DNA of 64,000 bases from NCBI GenBank assembly GCA_964016885.1, contig OZ024749.1, positions 7,750,001 through 7,814,000 on the forward strand, written 5' to 3'. The notes under the pieces are model-generated. The model worked only from the letters and a program-made list of their open reading frames with translations. It was not told where the DNA came from and ran no database searches. The first letter of the stretch is position 1; each line of letters opens with the position of its first letter. A program made the position numbers and the translations under genes. The stretch comes from Eledone cirrhosa. Its lineage: Eukaryota. Shown in pieces: positions 41,536-55,844 of this stretch.

Positions 41536-42151
41536 ATACATGGTGGCTGCCAACTCGTTTTCGAGTACGGCCACTACTTTATATCCATGTAGGAGAACTC
41601 GTACCGAAGCGCTGAACACGTGTGACTTTTTAGTCCAGCCAGCGACTTGAAAACTCTGGTACAAAAACGACACTTGTGACAATTACTGACACATAGTGCT
41701 GGGCCCATAGTACTATGTGACGACAAGTGCAGAGAGATCTCCAGATATAAAGCAATGCCTGTGCCGTGAAGCTTTTATAGTGAGCAAAGGCACTGCACAA
41801 AGCCAGTCCCACTCTCTTAACCAAGATGATATTTACCAAAAAGAAGAACAAGTCAACATCATTGGATACCATCAGGGTTGCAGGTGTTATATCAGAGTTT
41901 TCCTTCTCCTAGAATTCTGTCTTGACAAAGGCTAAGGAGTCATCTCTCCCGGTGATTTTGGATGGCCATTGACTCTTAAACGCTCCTTTGCCCTTTGACA
42001 GGTTTTGTTTTTAGTCCTGCAGGATGTCCAAAGTCACCCTCCTCACCAAGAAACCTTGGTGGGGTTGCCAGTTTAGTCGCCAACGACCCGACCATGGGAC
42101 AGATTGTACTGGGAGACATGTTACCAGTAGATACCAGTTACCAGTACATAG

Positions 42152-42182
<31 letters not shown>

Positions 42183-43980
42183 CATACATACATGATGATG
42201 GCTGCGCCCTCGTTAACGAGTATGGCCATTGCACGATATACCATTATAAATAATTATTAATCAGTTCTATCATGCAATGCCTGTGCGTGAATATGTTTTT
42301 TTAAAGTGAGGAAAGACTGTGCACTGAGCCAATCCCACTCTCTCAGCGACAGTAGCTATAACCCGAAAAGAAGAAAAGATCTATGTCATCGGTAACTACT
42401 GAGCCGCTTGCATACATGTGTGTGTATATGTGCGGGAACATAGAAATAAGCGGGCTGGATACCTGATCGCGCGGTTAAACCACTGGAAGTGAAGGACTCC
42501 TAGCCTTTGTCAGGGCATTCTTCTAGGAGAAGGCTACTCTGGAAACTGAGATAACTCCGACATAAAACATACATACATATATACATGATGGCAGCAAACT
42601 CTGCTAATAGTATTGCAATCGTTTGTCAGATTACAGAAACTGGTGGACTTTTAGGCTACAGCCAGCTACTCGAACCTGTAACATAACATGAACAAATAAT
42701 TCCTGTGATTTGAAGGTTTTTTAAATGGGCAAAGGCCTTGCACTCGACCAATGCTACCCTCTGAGCATCGAAAACTACCTGAAAAGGAGAACTTTTAGTC
42801 CTGTTAGGGACTTGCCTATAACCAGTAATGCCATACATCGCAAAAAAATGTTACATATCAAGCGATGCCTGTGCTTGAAGCTTTTATAAGTGACGAGAGG
42901 CTTTGCACGGCGCCAGTCCTATTTTCTGAATATCAAATGCATTTCCCCAAAAGAAGAACTGGTCGACATCATTGGATGCAAACGAAGTCGCAGTTTTTAT
43001 ATCAAAGTGACCTTCTCCTAGAGAAATGTCTTAATGTAGACCAGGAGTCTCTTGTTCACAAACAAACTTTATCGGGTGGCGGTTGACACTCCTGAGTTCC
43101 TCCACCCTTTGACAGGTTTTGTTTTTTCATGCTTCGTGGGGTTGCCGACGATCCTACCGTGCACAGGTTGTACTGGGTTACATGTTACCAGTAGCGCTGA
43201 AGAGCGACCTGACATTATATACATACATATATGCATACATATATATAAATACATACATATATACTTATAAACATACATAAATACCTACTTATATGATGAC
43301 GATGATGTTTGCCACTCGATTTCGAGTAATGCCATCACTTGACTCTTACGCATGAACATCACGGAAGTTTTTGAGACCTGCTAGGGACTTGCGTATGGGT
43401 TAGCAATATCATGCATCGCAAAAAATGTCACTTGTCAAACGTGCCTATGCTTGAAGTGTTTAATTGAGAAAAGGCTTTGTACGGGGCCAATCCCGCTCTC
43501 TGAAAAGCAAATACATTTACCACAAAAGAAGATCTGGTCTACTTCATTGGAGGCAAACGAAACCGCAAGTTTTATTTCAGAGTGACCTTCTACATACATA
43601 CATGAAGATGATGGCTGCCCCCTCGTTATCGAGTATGGACATTGCACGATATACCATTATCATTAATTATTTATTAATTCTATCGTGCAATGCCTATGCG
43701 TGAAGATATTTTTTAAAGTGAGGAAAGACTGTGCACTGAGCCAATCCCACTCTCTGGGCGACAGTAGCTATAATCCGAAAAGAAGAAAAGATCAACATCC
43801 TCGGTTACTACTGAGCCGCAGGGGTTATATCGGAGTTATCCTAGTTTCCCGAGTCGCCTTCTCCTAGAACAATGCCCTGACAAAGGCTAGGGGTCCTCCA
43901 CTCCCATACATACATACACACATACATACATACATACATACATACATACATACATACATACATACATACATACATACATA

Positions 43981-44778
43981 AACCACTCAAAAAGCCTGGC
44001 ATGGAGTTCCGACAAGTTTATGACATCACACCTTGAGGGATATCTCTATGCAATACAGGAACAAGAACTCCCTACCAAATATCTGCTGCACAAAAGAGGA
44101 GGACCAGCAGCTGACAATAAATGTAGGCTATGTAAAACAAAGATCGAGGATGTAAGCCACATTGTTGCCAGCTGCGAAAGAATGTCATCTCGCTACTACC
44201 TCCCCATGAGACACGATGGGATAGCTAGAACTATCTGGAACGCACTTCGGAAAACAAAATTAACAACAAACGAGGAAGAATATATTGAGACAGATGGCAC
44301 TAAGGAATACTGGTGGAACCTGAAAATAAAAACTGCCACCAAATTAAAGCACAACCGGCCTGATATTGTAGTTTGGGACCACACATTGAAAACGTTTTCT
44401 GTTGTGGAGATCAGCTGCCCACTTGATGTAAACGTTGTCAGAAAAATACAGGAGAAGGAGGACATCTACGGACCATTGATGAGGAGCTTACAAATCCAGT
44501 ATCCAAGATACACCTTTAGCTTCATACCCATCATTATTGGTGCTACGGGTTATATACCAACCCGCTTGGACCAAAGTATGACCGAACTTGGATTTGCGGA
44601 CAAAAAGCGCAGCTCCCTAATTCATAGTCTACAAATGGCTGCGATAGCTGGCACCTTCAAAATATGCAAAACATTCTTGCGATTCAAGGGATGACAATTT
44701 CTTTTCTTTTACAACCTTGCCACCAGGAAGGTGGCCGGTCAAAAAAATATACTCGAAATTAAGAGAAAGAGAAAACAT
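43981..44778 (+). mobile_element. R4/Dong-type LINE 3' fragment (CCHC + restriction-like endonuclease), ORF 44020-44694
   Basis: AIQEQ, CRLC...HIVASC, RHD, NRPDIVVWD...VEISCP...K...Y, IIIGATG. Confidence 0.88.
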
Positions 44779-44789
44779 ACATGCATGAA

Positions 44790-45435
44790 GACATCCATGT
44801 ACATAATATGAAAGAGTACTGGTGGAATGTTCCAGTAAAAACCCCAATAAAATGCAGGCATAACAGACCAGATATTATGATATGGGACAGGGAGAAGAAA
44901 ACATGCACAGTAGTGGAAATTAGCTGCCCAGCAGATGCCAATATAATATCAAAGATTAGTGAAAAGGAGAATATTTATGCAGAACTGATGAGAAATCTGC
45001 AGATACTCCACCCTGATTACACCTTCAGATGTATGCCTGTGATTATTGAGGCACTGGGATATGTTAGTAACTGCCTCAATACAAATCTTGAGAAGCTAGG
45101 CTTCACAGGAACAGAAATAACACAACTAGTTAGGAAACTACAAGTACAATCCATTAATGGAACAGTAAAAATATGTAAAACATTCCAAAAATGTTGCATC
45201 TAATAACTGAATATACACATGTACAGATACAAAGCATATACACATGCACACATACAACTCAAAACATCCACATCCACACATACAATAACATCCATATCTA
45301 CAGATGCATGCATACATACATATCTACCTAGTTGATGTTGTGTAAATTCCAATGAGAGAGTCTTGTGTCTATGTTAGAAACCGACTCTCTCTCTATTGGT
45401 AAAACTTTGTGAAATTATAAAACCAGAAGAAGATA
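44790..45435 (+). mobile_element. Second R4/Dong-type LINE 3' fragment (different subfamily)
   Basis: WWNVP...HNRPDIMIWD...VEISCPAD...K...Y; 3' UTR ends AGAAGAAGATACAT. Confidence 0.85.
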
Positions 45436-46599
45436 CATATGTATATAATATTATTGAGGTATTGGGCTCAAAATCGTAAGGAAATTTATTTTGTTGCCGG
45501 ACCATAACGTGTTGTGTTCTTGAGCAAGACACATTACTTTCACACCACTCAAGTCCACTCGGCTGGAAAAAGAATATTAGACTGAAACAACATTGGTGAC
45601 AATACGTATGGGTCTGCCTCCTAGATATCTTGGCAAGGATTTTGTGAAACATCTTGCCTTACCGAGGAACTTTCGAAATAGCAACTCACGTGTGTGTGCG
45701 TTTATATATATGTTATATGATGCATATTAACATATATTTATATGGAAATATATTTATAAGTATATACATTATTTATGTTTATATATTAATTCATATTTAC
45801 TTTGAAATATCTCTATTATATGTGCCTTTATTTATGTGTGTGTATGTGTATGTTTGTGTGTGTGAGTGTATGTATGTAGTCACGCACAGATACACACTCA
45901 TCATTTCATATATACATATACACATACAAACATACATAATTACATATAAAAACAGACAAAATTCACATATTTTGCTTCGACACTGCGAAATTCGACTTAA
46001 AATGCATAGTTTCGTGTACTTGCAGGAGTTTCAGTAGACGGATGTACTGGAATATAAGAAAACAACTTTGTTATCAATTTAAAATCTTGAAGGCAGTGGA
46101 TCCCTTGAGATGAGCAACCCAGTACAAAATAAAGTTATATTTTATTCAGATGATTTCCATTATATTGAAGCGAGAAACATCTTGTTTGTCTTTCGACTTC
46201 ATAAATATATAATTAGTTGTTTAACGGAGGAAATATGTGTGTTCCTACAAATACTAAACAACAACCATAACTAAATTAGAAAAAAGATGAAAAAAAAAAA
46301 CATTTTTGATTAATATTTATGACGTTCAGAATAGAGACGTTATATGGTAAAATCGGTAGAGAGATGGAAATTTGCTTTCGGTATTTACGTTTCATGTTCA
46401 AATCTTAGCTTTGCTCTCCATCTTTGTCGAGTGTGCCAAACATGTAGCAATGAAAACCTTGGTTTAGTATAATCGGATTTATATTTTACAATACTTTCCA
46501 ATAATTTCCAATTTCTCAACTTTCAATGTGTGAGAAAGAGGACATTTTAACGCTCGTAGTTAAAGATCTGTCACGATTGGAGATGTAAAATCGCGTAGC

Positions 46600-46778
46600 C
46601 AGAGCTGCCAACCTCTAAAAATCCCACCAAACGGACAGTACCATGAAATAAAGTGCCCCAAAATGGGGAGATTTTATATAATCAAAGCGATACCCATTTT
46701 CACAAGAGAAGACATCTCTCATCCACACCAAATTAGCTGGGAGATCTCCCCGGCGGGCGAGGAGAGTCTACATATCTG
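46600..46778. mobile_element. hAT-type MITE family B (inverted relative to 53428-53618)
   Basis: CAGAGCTGCCAACCTCTAAA terminus and internal similarity. Confidence 0.65.
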
Positions 46779-47321
46779 TTACGGGGTTGATAAAATAAAG
46801 TACCAGTCATATATGGAGGTCTAATATTGCTAATGTTGATAGTCTTGTTGATACATTCCAGCAGCTACGCAGTTGTAAAACCCTGAGATTTCTTGCAAGA
46901 AATCAAGCAAATATTTCATCAACACATGACGTTATCCTGTCGCCATTATGCAATGTATGGATATATCAACTAATATTATCGGCATTGCCAAATATATTGA
47001 TTTTTTAGAGGTTTTCAGAAGACATTTATATGTGTATATGTGTACGCCTGTGTGTACGTGTGCGTATACATGTGTGTATTTGTGTGTGTGTGAGTGTGTG
47101 TGTGTGTGGAGGTCTATTGGAGCAAAAGTGTTGTCATGATAAGTGACCAATTTAGCAACAACGAGAACTGGAAACGGAAAAATGACCTTGCTGTATTTTA
47201 TTAAATTATTTGTCTGAGAAGAAGAAAAAAATATTTAGTAGATTAAACTTTGCTGTTTTTGTTATTTTGATTCCCACCTCTCCCTCTCTTTCTCCATCTC
47301 TCTCTCTCTATCTATCTCTCC

Positions 47322-47462
<141 letters not shown>

Positions 47463-47579
47463 GTATATATACAGACACACACATATATATATATATATTT
47501 ATATACGTATATATATATATATATATAATTATATAAATAAATCATACAATTATCAAAGTTGTGTTCAAATCATTTAATA

Positions 47580-47624
47580 GCTGACAATCGTTTCTTCCAA
47601 ACTCTCGTTTGGAGTCATCGGAGC
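47580..47624 (-). ncRNA. Hammerhead ribozyme, CCGATGA core variant
   Basis: GCT-CCGATGA-TCCAAAC/GTTTGGA-GAAA-CGATTG-TC-AGC. Confidence 0.75.
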
Positions 47625-47961
47625 ATTACCAATGTTTGCACATATAATTAACCTCCTATTCAACTGAACAATAAAATAGCTACATATATATTGATGTTGT
47701 GAGCAACTGTTTCGTATTTACAGGGTGGAATGGATGTGACATATATTTTATGAGAATTGTACAATAATTGTACAAACATTCAAGTTCAAATTCAAATTAA
47801 AATCAAATTAAAATCAAAAGCACGGAGTGGAATACATGCAACATACCTTATCAGTTGGATATTCTCTGGATAGTCAGATATTCTCTGGACTACCCAGAGA
47901 ATATCCAACTGATAAGGTATGATTTTCCTGGGTATGTCTCTATTTATAAAACAAACTGTGT

Positions 47962-48022
47962 ATTTTATCTGAAGAGAGCGTACGCAAATCTTTTGGTACC
48001 CTTGAAATATATATAATAAAAT
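47962..48022 (+). ncRNA. Minimal type I hammerhead ribozyme (related to 20972)
   Basis: ATTTTAT-CTGAAGA-stem II-GAAA-TATATA-TA-ATAAAAT. Confidence 0.82.
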
Positions 48023-48131
48023 GAATATGGTTTTATAAATATAGTTTCCATTTATTTAATATCATTGTATATTTAGTCCAGGATCTGTTGAGTGCTCTAA
48101 ATCAGTTATAAACATTTAAATACCCCTTCTA

Positions 48132-48182
<51 letters not shown>

Positions 48183-48364
48183 CTGTATATATACTAAGCT
48201 AAACTATCATAACATATGTGATAGTAGGTAATCGATGATCGATTTACACTCCAGTTCTACGAACTATGAAACCGCGGCTGTAAGGATGACAATATATATT
48301 CCACCTTAAAGTTTATACAGTTTCCTAAATATTACTCTTGTACTCTATAACCTGTTCTAGTAGA

Positions 48365-49030
48365 AAGGCTGTGGTAACGCTGGGGCCCCACCATTGATGC
48401 TACAGTTTCTATAGCCACTCTTCCCTGGTTGGCCATTGATACAAAAGGGTGTTTGTTGCTGCTCTTATTAGTGTTTCGTCTTGTGCTGTGGATCTATACC
48501 GGATATTGGTCAGTAGGATGTCCAGATATCTCTTGAACAACATCTATATGCACATGATATAGATATCTCGAATTGTTTGTCAGCTTATTAAAACGTTGAT
48601 GTCTTCTGAACCCAAGGCTATTACAGTATGTGATCCTTGTTGTCGACGCAACGGATGAGAACTTTGGGACTACACAGTGGTGTCCTGTTCGTGGGCTGGT
48701 CCTGCCTTTAATGCCGAACTTTGGTGCTAAGCCTTCCAGGATCTTCCATATCTATATCTCAGGGTATCTCTCCAGTCTCGGTTCCTGAGAGTAAAGCTTT
48801 AATTTATTCAGCGCCTCCCAGTAGCTCATTTCTTTCATTGAGGGAATTATCTTGGTGTAGCTCCGTTGGATTGCCTCAAGATCTGCAGTTAGTTTGACAC
48901 TGTGGTGCGACCACAGCTGAAGGCAGCAGTCCAGTTGGCTGAGGAGGTAAGTCCTCCAGAGAACCTACATGGTTTCCGGGTCTCTTGTATTCAATGTGCT
49001 CAGAATCTAACCCGCCAGTCGTCTACACAT
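48365..49030 (-). mobile_element. CR1/L2-group LINE 3' fragment
   Basis: Minus strand LDCCLQLWS...LEAIQRSYTKII...MSYWEALNKLKLYS...WKILEG. Confidence 0.75.
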
Positions 49031-49136
49031 TGCGTTTTATATATATGTATAATAGACTGTGTTTCTCTAATAATATAGGGTTATATACATATATTTTTAA
49101 TAATTATACACATATATATATATATATATATATATA

Positions 49137-49348
49137 GGAACGAGTAGGACCCCGACGGCTGAGCTCAAGCCGTTTCGACGGTTAATTCTTTTTTTTTTTT
49201 TTTTTTTTTTTTAGTCCAGAATTAGCCGTCGAAACGGCTTGAGCTCAGCCGTCGGGTCCTACTCGTTCCCATTACCCACTCTACTACCCTAAGTATTGAG
49301 TACTTTGGTGCGTTATGGTCCACCTGGTTCCTTACCACATTTCCTTCG

Positions 49349-49350
<2 letters not shown>
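49137..49350 (+). mobile_element. Fold-back repeat family copy 3 (poly-T loop)
   Basis: Hairpin 49137-49269 plus conserved tail, TA-repeat flanks. Confidence 0.8.
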
Positions 49351-49387
<37 letters not shown>

Positions 49388-49899
49388 TATGTATATATAT
49401 AAGTGCGTGCGTGTGCCTGTGTTTATGTATGTATATCTTTATGGATATCTGTATTTGCCTATGTGACAAGTCCCAGCTATATATTATAAATATATATAGA
49501 AACCGTCATCAATACCCACTTCCGCTCTTTATATTTCTGGCCGCCATCTGATAATTTAATACATCAATATCGTTACACGGTGAATCAAGGAAGAGGTGAA
49601 GCGCCAGACTGAAATCTTCCGTCTTGAGTTCAAATATCACCGAAGTTAACTTTGTGTTTACCATTCATTGTGACAGAGGCACCTAAGGTGTCGACCCCCT
49701 TGTGGTGGGCCCTGGGAACTGATCAGACGAACGATAATAATCTCCGACAGCAACATCCTCATACGCATGAGAGAAGAGAATGTTGATAAAATACAAATAT
49801 ACCAATCTCTCACGGGAGTTAATTGAAACCATTATATCTCTTTCTTAAACACCTGAATACATTTGTGTTTATATTAGAGATCAAGCTAAAGTTAGCTTG

Positions 49900-50285
49900 G
49901 CAGACCTGTCAATTTTCCCCATCCGACGAGCAGATCTCCCACCCACTTTGGGGTGGGTGAAAGATGCCTTCTTTTTTGAAAATCGGTATAGCTTTCATTA
50001 TGTAGGTGGATTGGGTGTATCAGTAGAGGGTCGGGCGCCATGCTTTGACGCATAGAGTTACGGCCCTTGCCATTCTGAGTTCAAATCCCGCCGAGGTTAA
50101 CTTTGCCTTTCATCCCTACGGGCTCGTTAAAATAAAGTACCAGTAATGCACTGGGTAATTGCTGGCCTTGTGCCAAAATAGAAACAATTATGTAAATTCA
50201 CCCCAGTTTGCCTCATTTCTCCCCGTTTTGGGACGCTTTTTTTCATGGTACTCCCCGATGGGGCTTTTACAGGTTGGCAAGTATG
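49900..50285. mobile_element. hAT MITE family B with nested SINE family 1 (50004-50190); similar nested pair at ~52888-53281
   Basis: CAGACCTGTCAA...TTGGCAAGTATG termini around a full SINE. Confidence 0.7.
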
Positions 50286-51319
50286 GTTTTTCCTTTCATC
50301 CTTACCGTGACAATAAAATAAAGCAAAAGTAAGACCATAGCGTCAATTTCTCCCGTTTCCCAAATTGTTGGCTTTGTTTCTAAAACAGAAATCATTGTAT
50401 CTCTATTAGCAACCCCTCTATAAGTTTGTGTTTACATTAGAGAGCAATTCCCACCCAGGTCAAATTTCCTATTCGTTCTTTCAGAATAATTAGTGAAGTA
50501 GTGTACAGTTAACAAATTGAAACAGGAAGACAGTTTCGATTACCTTTCATAGCAATTTAGTTTTAATAATTAATTCAATAATTTTCAGAAATGCATAAAC
50601 TCTAAATCATCCTATTTCACTTTCCTCTAGCCTTTAAATTATAATTTTTCGGTGTGTGACTCTGTGTGTGTGTATAGGTGTGTATGTATGTGTTTTTTTG
50701 TTGGGGTGGCTGTTAAAGTAGAAAAATAAATAAATACATAAATACACATTTTTTCGTACGTCTATTCGCGGTTATTCCATGTTTAAGTTTAAAATCTGTC
50801 AAGTATTAAATGTTGCTCTAATTTAACTATGGAATCCTTCTTTTATCAAAGTGGTAGTCGTTTCGTTCATGTGTTCATTCCTTGCTAAAGACAGTAATAA
50901 CTTCGCCAGAGAATACTGCTGTTGTACACTCAGGTCATGTTAAACCGTGAAGACATGTCAGTGGTTAGGATACCCGGCTCATGATCGTAAGGTCGTGTGT
51001 TCGATTCCTGGTAGAGCGTTGAGTCTTTCAGCAAGTCAATTCATTTCACTTTACTCCAGTCCACTATGCTGACAAAAATGTGTTGTACATGTAAATTCGA
51101 AAGGTCAACTCTGTCACATTCTTTGTCATACTGAATCCCCCCCCCCCAGAACTACGTTAAGGGTACACGTGTTTGTGCGATGCTCAGCCACTTCACTTAC
51201 AGGTTAATTTCACGAGCAGGCTGTTCTTTTGATTGCATCAACTGGGACCACTCATCGTCGTAACCGACGGAGTATCAGTGTTCATGTGAAACCAATCAAC
51301 GAACGAATTAACGAGTCCC

Positions 51320-51675
51320 CCTCCTCCTCACCCCCAGTTTCCCCCGCCGCTCCACCCCACCACCTTACCGCCGGCGCCCCACCCCACCCCACCATATTTT
51401 ACCCTGTAGTAGTTCGTTATTCACTATTATCTAACGAAGCAATTGAAGAGATCTCACGAGACTACAGACGTTTTACTGCAGCCACTTCCGGACTAATTTC
51501 GCTCTATTCTTCTCTCCTTGGGATACAATATCAAATATTCCTGTACTGGAGTTTTACAAGAAATGCCGTCTTTTACTTGGCTGCCGTATTTTCTTATTAA
51601 CTCTATTGTCACATTTCAAATTCCTAAAATTGGATTCTTACTTATTCACAAGACGAGATACCGTTGAAGGTAAGT
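51320..51675 (+). promoter_or_regulatory. Candidate promoter/first exon with splice donor
   Basis: C-rich tract, ETS-like ACTTCCGG at 51484, non-repetitive sequence ending in consensus AAG|GTAAGT at 51670. Confidence 0.3.
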
Positions 51676-51904
51676 TGCTATAGAAATTATTAAGTCAGAT
51701 AAGGAATACATTTACTGTTGCTTAGTTCTGAATCTGGGGAAGAGGGAGTTATGGAAAATATCATGATTGTACACCGGTTCCCCGCTCTTTCATCTACTTT
51801 TAACCCCTTCAGTGTATGCTTGATTTGATTTCGTTTTCCTTATGAGAGAGTCTGATTTGGTGGTGATGTTGCTGGTTTTATTTTTCCAGGAGGTGAATTA
51901 GAGC

Positions 51905-54900
51905 AATAGATTGGTAAAATCGGTAGAGTGTTGGACAACATAATTTGATGCATATAGTTATGGCTATTTACTTTCTGTGTTCAAATGCCACCGAGGTTAG
52001 CGTTTCCATTCATCTTTAGGGGATTGATAAAATAAAGTATCAGTAACGCACTGGGGTCAATTTTATCGATTCTCCCTTTCCCAAAATTGTTGGCATTGTG
52101 TCTAAATCAGAAACAAATATCGATAGACCGTCGGACTCCATGCTTTGCAGCATCTAGTTACGGCCCTTTACGTTCTAAGTTCAAATCCCTCCGAGGTTAG
52201 CTTTGACATTCATCTTTAGGGGGTCGATAAAATAAGGTACCAGTAATGCAGTGGAGTCAATTTAATTGACATTCCCCTCCAGCACCAAAATAATTGGCCT
52301 TGTGCCTAAATAAGAAACCATTAGGAGGTGAAATTGGTTATAAGGTGTATTGGAAAACATGATTTGCGGCATATAGTTACAGTCCTTTACGTTCTGGTTT
52401 CTAATCCCGCTTGGGTTAGCTTTGCCTTTCATCATTAAGGGATCGATAAAATAAAATAAATATTGGGCTAGGTATAATCGACTCTACCCATTTCCTCACA
52501 TTTCTGGCCTCAATATTATAAATAATTATTTAGGAATCGAATTTGCTGATTTATTATATCATCGATTATAAATGTTTTGGTATTTGTCCTCTGCCTCTAC
52601 ATTTTGAGTTCGATTACTGCCGAGATCGAATTTGTATAAACTTAATTGATAAAGTAACAGACTAGGAACGGTAGAATGGTAGAATTTATGTTGAACGGAA
52701 TGCTTTTCGGTACCTGATACGGATCTGTGCATTCTGAGTTCAAATCCCAGGAATGTCATAGATGGATAGTATCAGAGCAATGGAAAGACCAATGGAAACA
52801 TTGTTTCTTTGGTCCAATCTGTTGAGCGTCTCTTTCCTTTTTTTTGTTGCTGTTTATGCAGATGTCAAACTTGATCAAGTAGACGGAAACCTGACAGCTC
52901 TCCCCATCCGACGGAGAGATCTCCCCGTTTTGGGTCTTTTATCCTCGTCTCCCGGTTTTTGTAATAATTGTTTCTATTTTAGGCACAAGGCCATCAATTA
53001 CCCAGTACATTACTGGTACTTTATTTTATCGACCCCGTAAGGATGAAAGGCAAAGTTAACCTCGGCCGGATTTGAACTCAGATCGTAAAGGGACGTAGCT
53101 ATGTTGGAAAGCATGTCCGACGCTCTACCGATACTGCCAAATCACCAATGGGTACAGCTTTCATTTTGTAAAATCTCCCCATTGTTTACCCATTTCTCCC
53201 CATTTCGAGCACTTTTTTTCGTGGTACTCCCCGTTTGGTGTTTCAGAGATTAACAGGTCTGGAGACGGCATAATCAGTCTCGCTCTCTAGCCAGATCATT
53301 CCGTCATTTTTCAAATCCGTATATCTAGTACTGCAGGAGACGACATCCTTTATTTTTAAGAAACCCAACATTGTGATTTGGAGATTATTTGACTGCTATT
53401 TTTAACAAGCCGAGCAAGCCTGTTAAGCAGACCTATCAATTCTCCTAGTCCGACGGGGAGATCTACCACCCTCGTTGGGGTGGGTGAGAGATATCTTCTC
53501 CTGTGAAAAAGGGTATAGCTTTTATGTAAAGTCTCCCCATTCTTCCTCGTCTCTCTCCCTGTTGAGGCCCTTTTTTCATGGTACTCTCCGTTTGGGTGTT
53601 TAGAGGTTGGCAGGTCTGATGTTAAGGCTTTCTTGTTTGGATTACCTTATTACTATTGTCGTTGATTAGACGCAGGTCAGGCCTGATTGCTAGACCTGAG
53701 ACTAAAGGTGTACCAGACAAGAATCTCTTATTTTTGTTTTACATTTCAGTATCCAATGCCAACTTATTAAGGCAGTAATATGTGTGTTTGGCTGCTATTT
53801 CAGCGACAGCAGTTTCCAATACGAGCTTAATTGTGTTTTGAGAAAGAGGTTTGGTGGCTATTCCAGTTAAAGTGTCGAACACCATGCTTTGTTGTATCGA
53901 GAGTATGGCCCTTTATGTTCTGAGTTCAAATCCCGCCAAGGTTAGCTTTGCCTTTCATCCTTACGAGGTCGACAAAATAAAGTACTAGTAACGCACTGGA
54001 GTCGATTTAATCGAATGCCCCCCCCCTCCCTTCACATTGCTGACCTTGTGCCTAAAGTAAAAACGGTTTTTGTCCAATAGGACATTATAAGACGATACAA
54101 TCTGTGTTTTTCAGGAAGTAGTTTGATTGCTATTCCAGCGACAGTATTGTCTAATAGAGACTTATACATGAAGATAAAATTTGTGTTTTTTTTCAGAGTA
54201 AATTGTATTTGGCCTGATTTCAGAAAATAAAATATGTTTGTTGATATATCCATTAATCCTGATATATATGGCGAGCTAATATTGTGCTCCAGGCTCTCAA
54301 CACAAAATACATTCACCTCTATTTCCATCATTATTGACGGCACTCATTTCTAAAATAATTTAGGAAACAACGCCGTGTAGAAAATAGAATGGCTGCACAA
54401 TAGAATATTTATAAAAATTGGAAGTAAAAAAAACAAACATATCCTTTTAGACTGAAATAACAAAGCCCCCCCCCCCCTCCCCACACACCCACACACACAC
54501 ACACACACACCCACACCCTCCGTTTATCGATTTGTTATTATTGAAATTTACTTAGACTTGATGACCTGAAAAATATAGTCCACTCGCAACATTTTCGTGT
54601 TGTTTCTTGTACAATGTGTTGTTTCTCTGTGAATGGTGATGGATACAGACAAATGCCTTTCTTTTATCAATAGCAGTTAAGACAGCATATGTCAGTATTT
54701 GTTTCATTGCTGTTGTCTTTAAAGCCGCAATGAAATTGTTTATGTAACTTCATATAGCATAGTGGCTGTGTGGAGATGAGGCGTTAAATGTACTTTAATG
54801 TGAGTTGGATTGGAAAACGTGGTTTTCGTTTTTTAGTTTAAGGGTTTACCATCAAAGGGCTGAAGGATTCTCCGTTCATTTCGACGACGAACAATGTATT

Positions 54901-55685
54901 GTTCGATTTACTGAAATTCTATCTCGTGAATTAACGTATAACAGGTTGATTATTCTTCTACAAACACGGGTGCCCATATTGTAATTCCAAAGTTGAATCA
55001 GCGTGGTACAATCCATCAGCTGGCCCGCCATACAATGTCACTCCCATGTCTTGGATCAACCCAAATCTATAATAATATTTTCTAATTCAGGCACAAGGCC
55101 AATCATTTTAAGAGAAGGTGGAAAGCCGATTAAATTGACCCCAGTGCTTGACTGGTACTTTATTTTATCGACACCGTAAGAATGAAAGGCAAAGCTAACT
55201 TCGGTGTGATTTGAACTCAGAAGGTAAAAGGCCGAAACTCTGTGTCGCTAAACATGTGATTCGAGGCTTTACCGATTCGGCCAATCCAACGCCACTCTAT
55301 AATAATTGTTTCTACTTTTGGCACAAGGCCATCAATTATCCCAGTGTATTACTGGTACCTTGCCTTTCAATCCCGCAACCAAAGTTAACCTCGGCGAGTT
55401 TTGAACTCAGAACCTAAAGGGCTGTAACTCTATGCTACAAAACATGGTGTCCGACACTCTACCGATACTGCCAATCCACCGGCCTATAATATTTGTTTCT
55501 ACTTTTGGCACAAGGCCAGCAATTATCCCAGTGCATTACTGGTACTTTATTTTATCGACCCCGAAAGGATGAAAGGCAAAGTTAACCTCGGCGGGATTTG
55601 AACTCAGAACGTAAAGGGCCGTAACTCTATGTCACGAAGCATGGTGTCCGACGCTCTACCGATACTGCCAATCAGCTGCCCTCTA
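51905..55685. mobile_element. Cluster of SINE family 1 copies (3 tandem + at 51905-52530, 53850-54066 +, 3 tandem - at 55075-55682)
   Basis: Repeated B box GTTCAAAT and GATAAAATAAAGTACCAG domain. Confidence 0.8.
53428..53618. mobile_element. hAT MITE family B, intact
   Basis: TIRs CAGACCTATCAA / TTGGCAGGTCTG; 8-bp TSD CTGTTAAG/ATGTTAAG. Confidence 0.8.
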
Positions 55686-55844
55686 ATAATGGGCGGCACA
55701 CCCAAAATGCCACGTTATTATATTGAACCTGGGACGTTGTGATTTCTAAGCGAACATCTTACCCGTAGAGTAAACTCTTGCTGGAATACTCCTTCCTGCA
55801 TCATTTGAGTGGGCTGGATTTATGAGGGATGTATTGTTCTAGAA

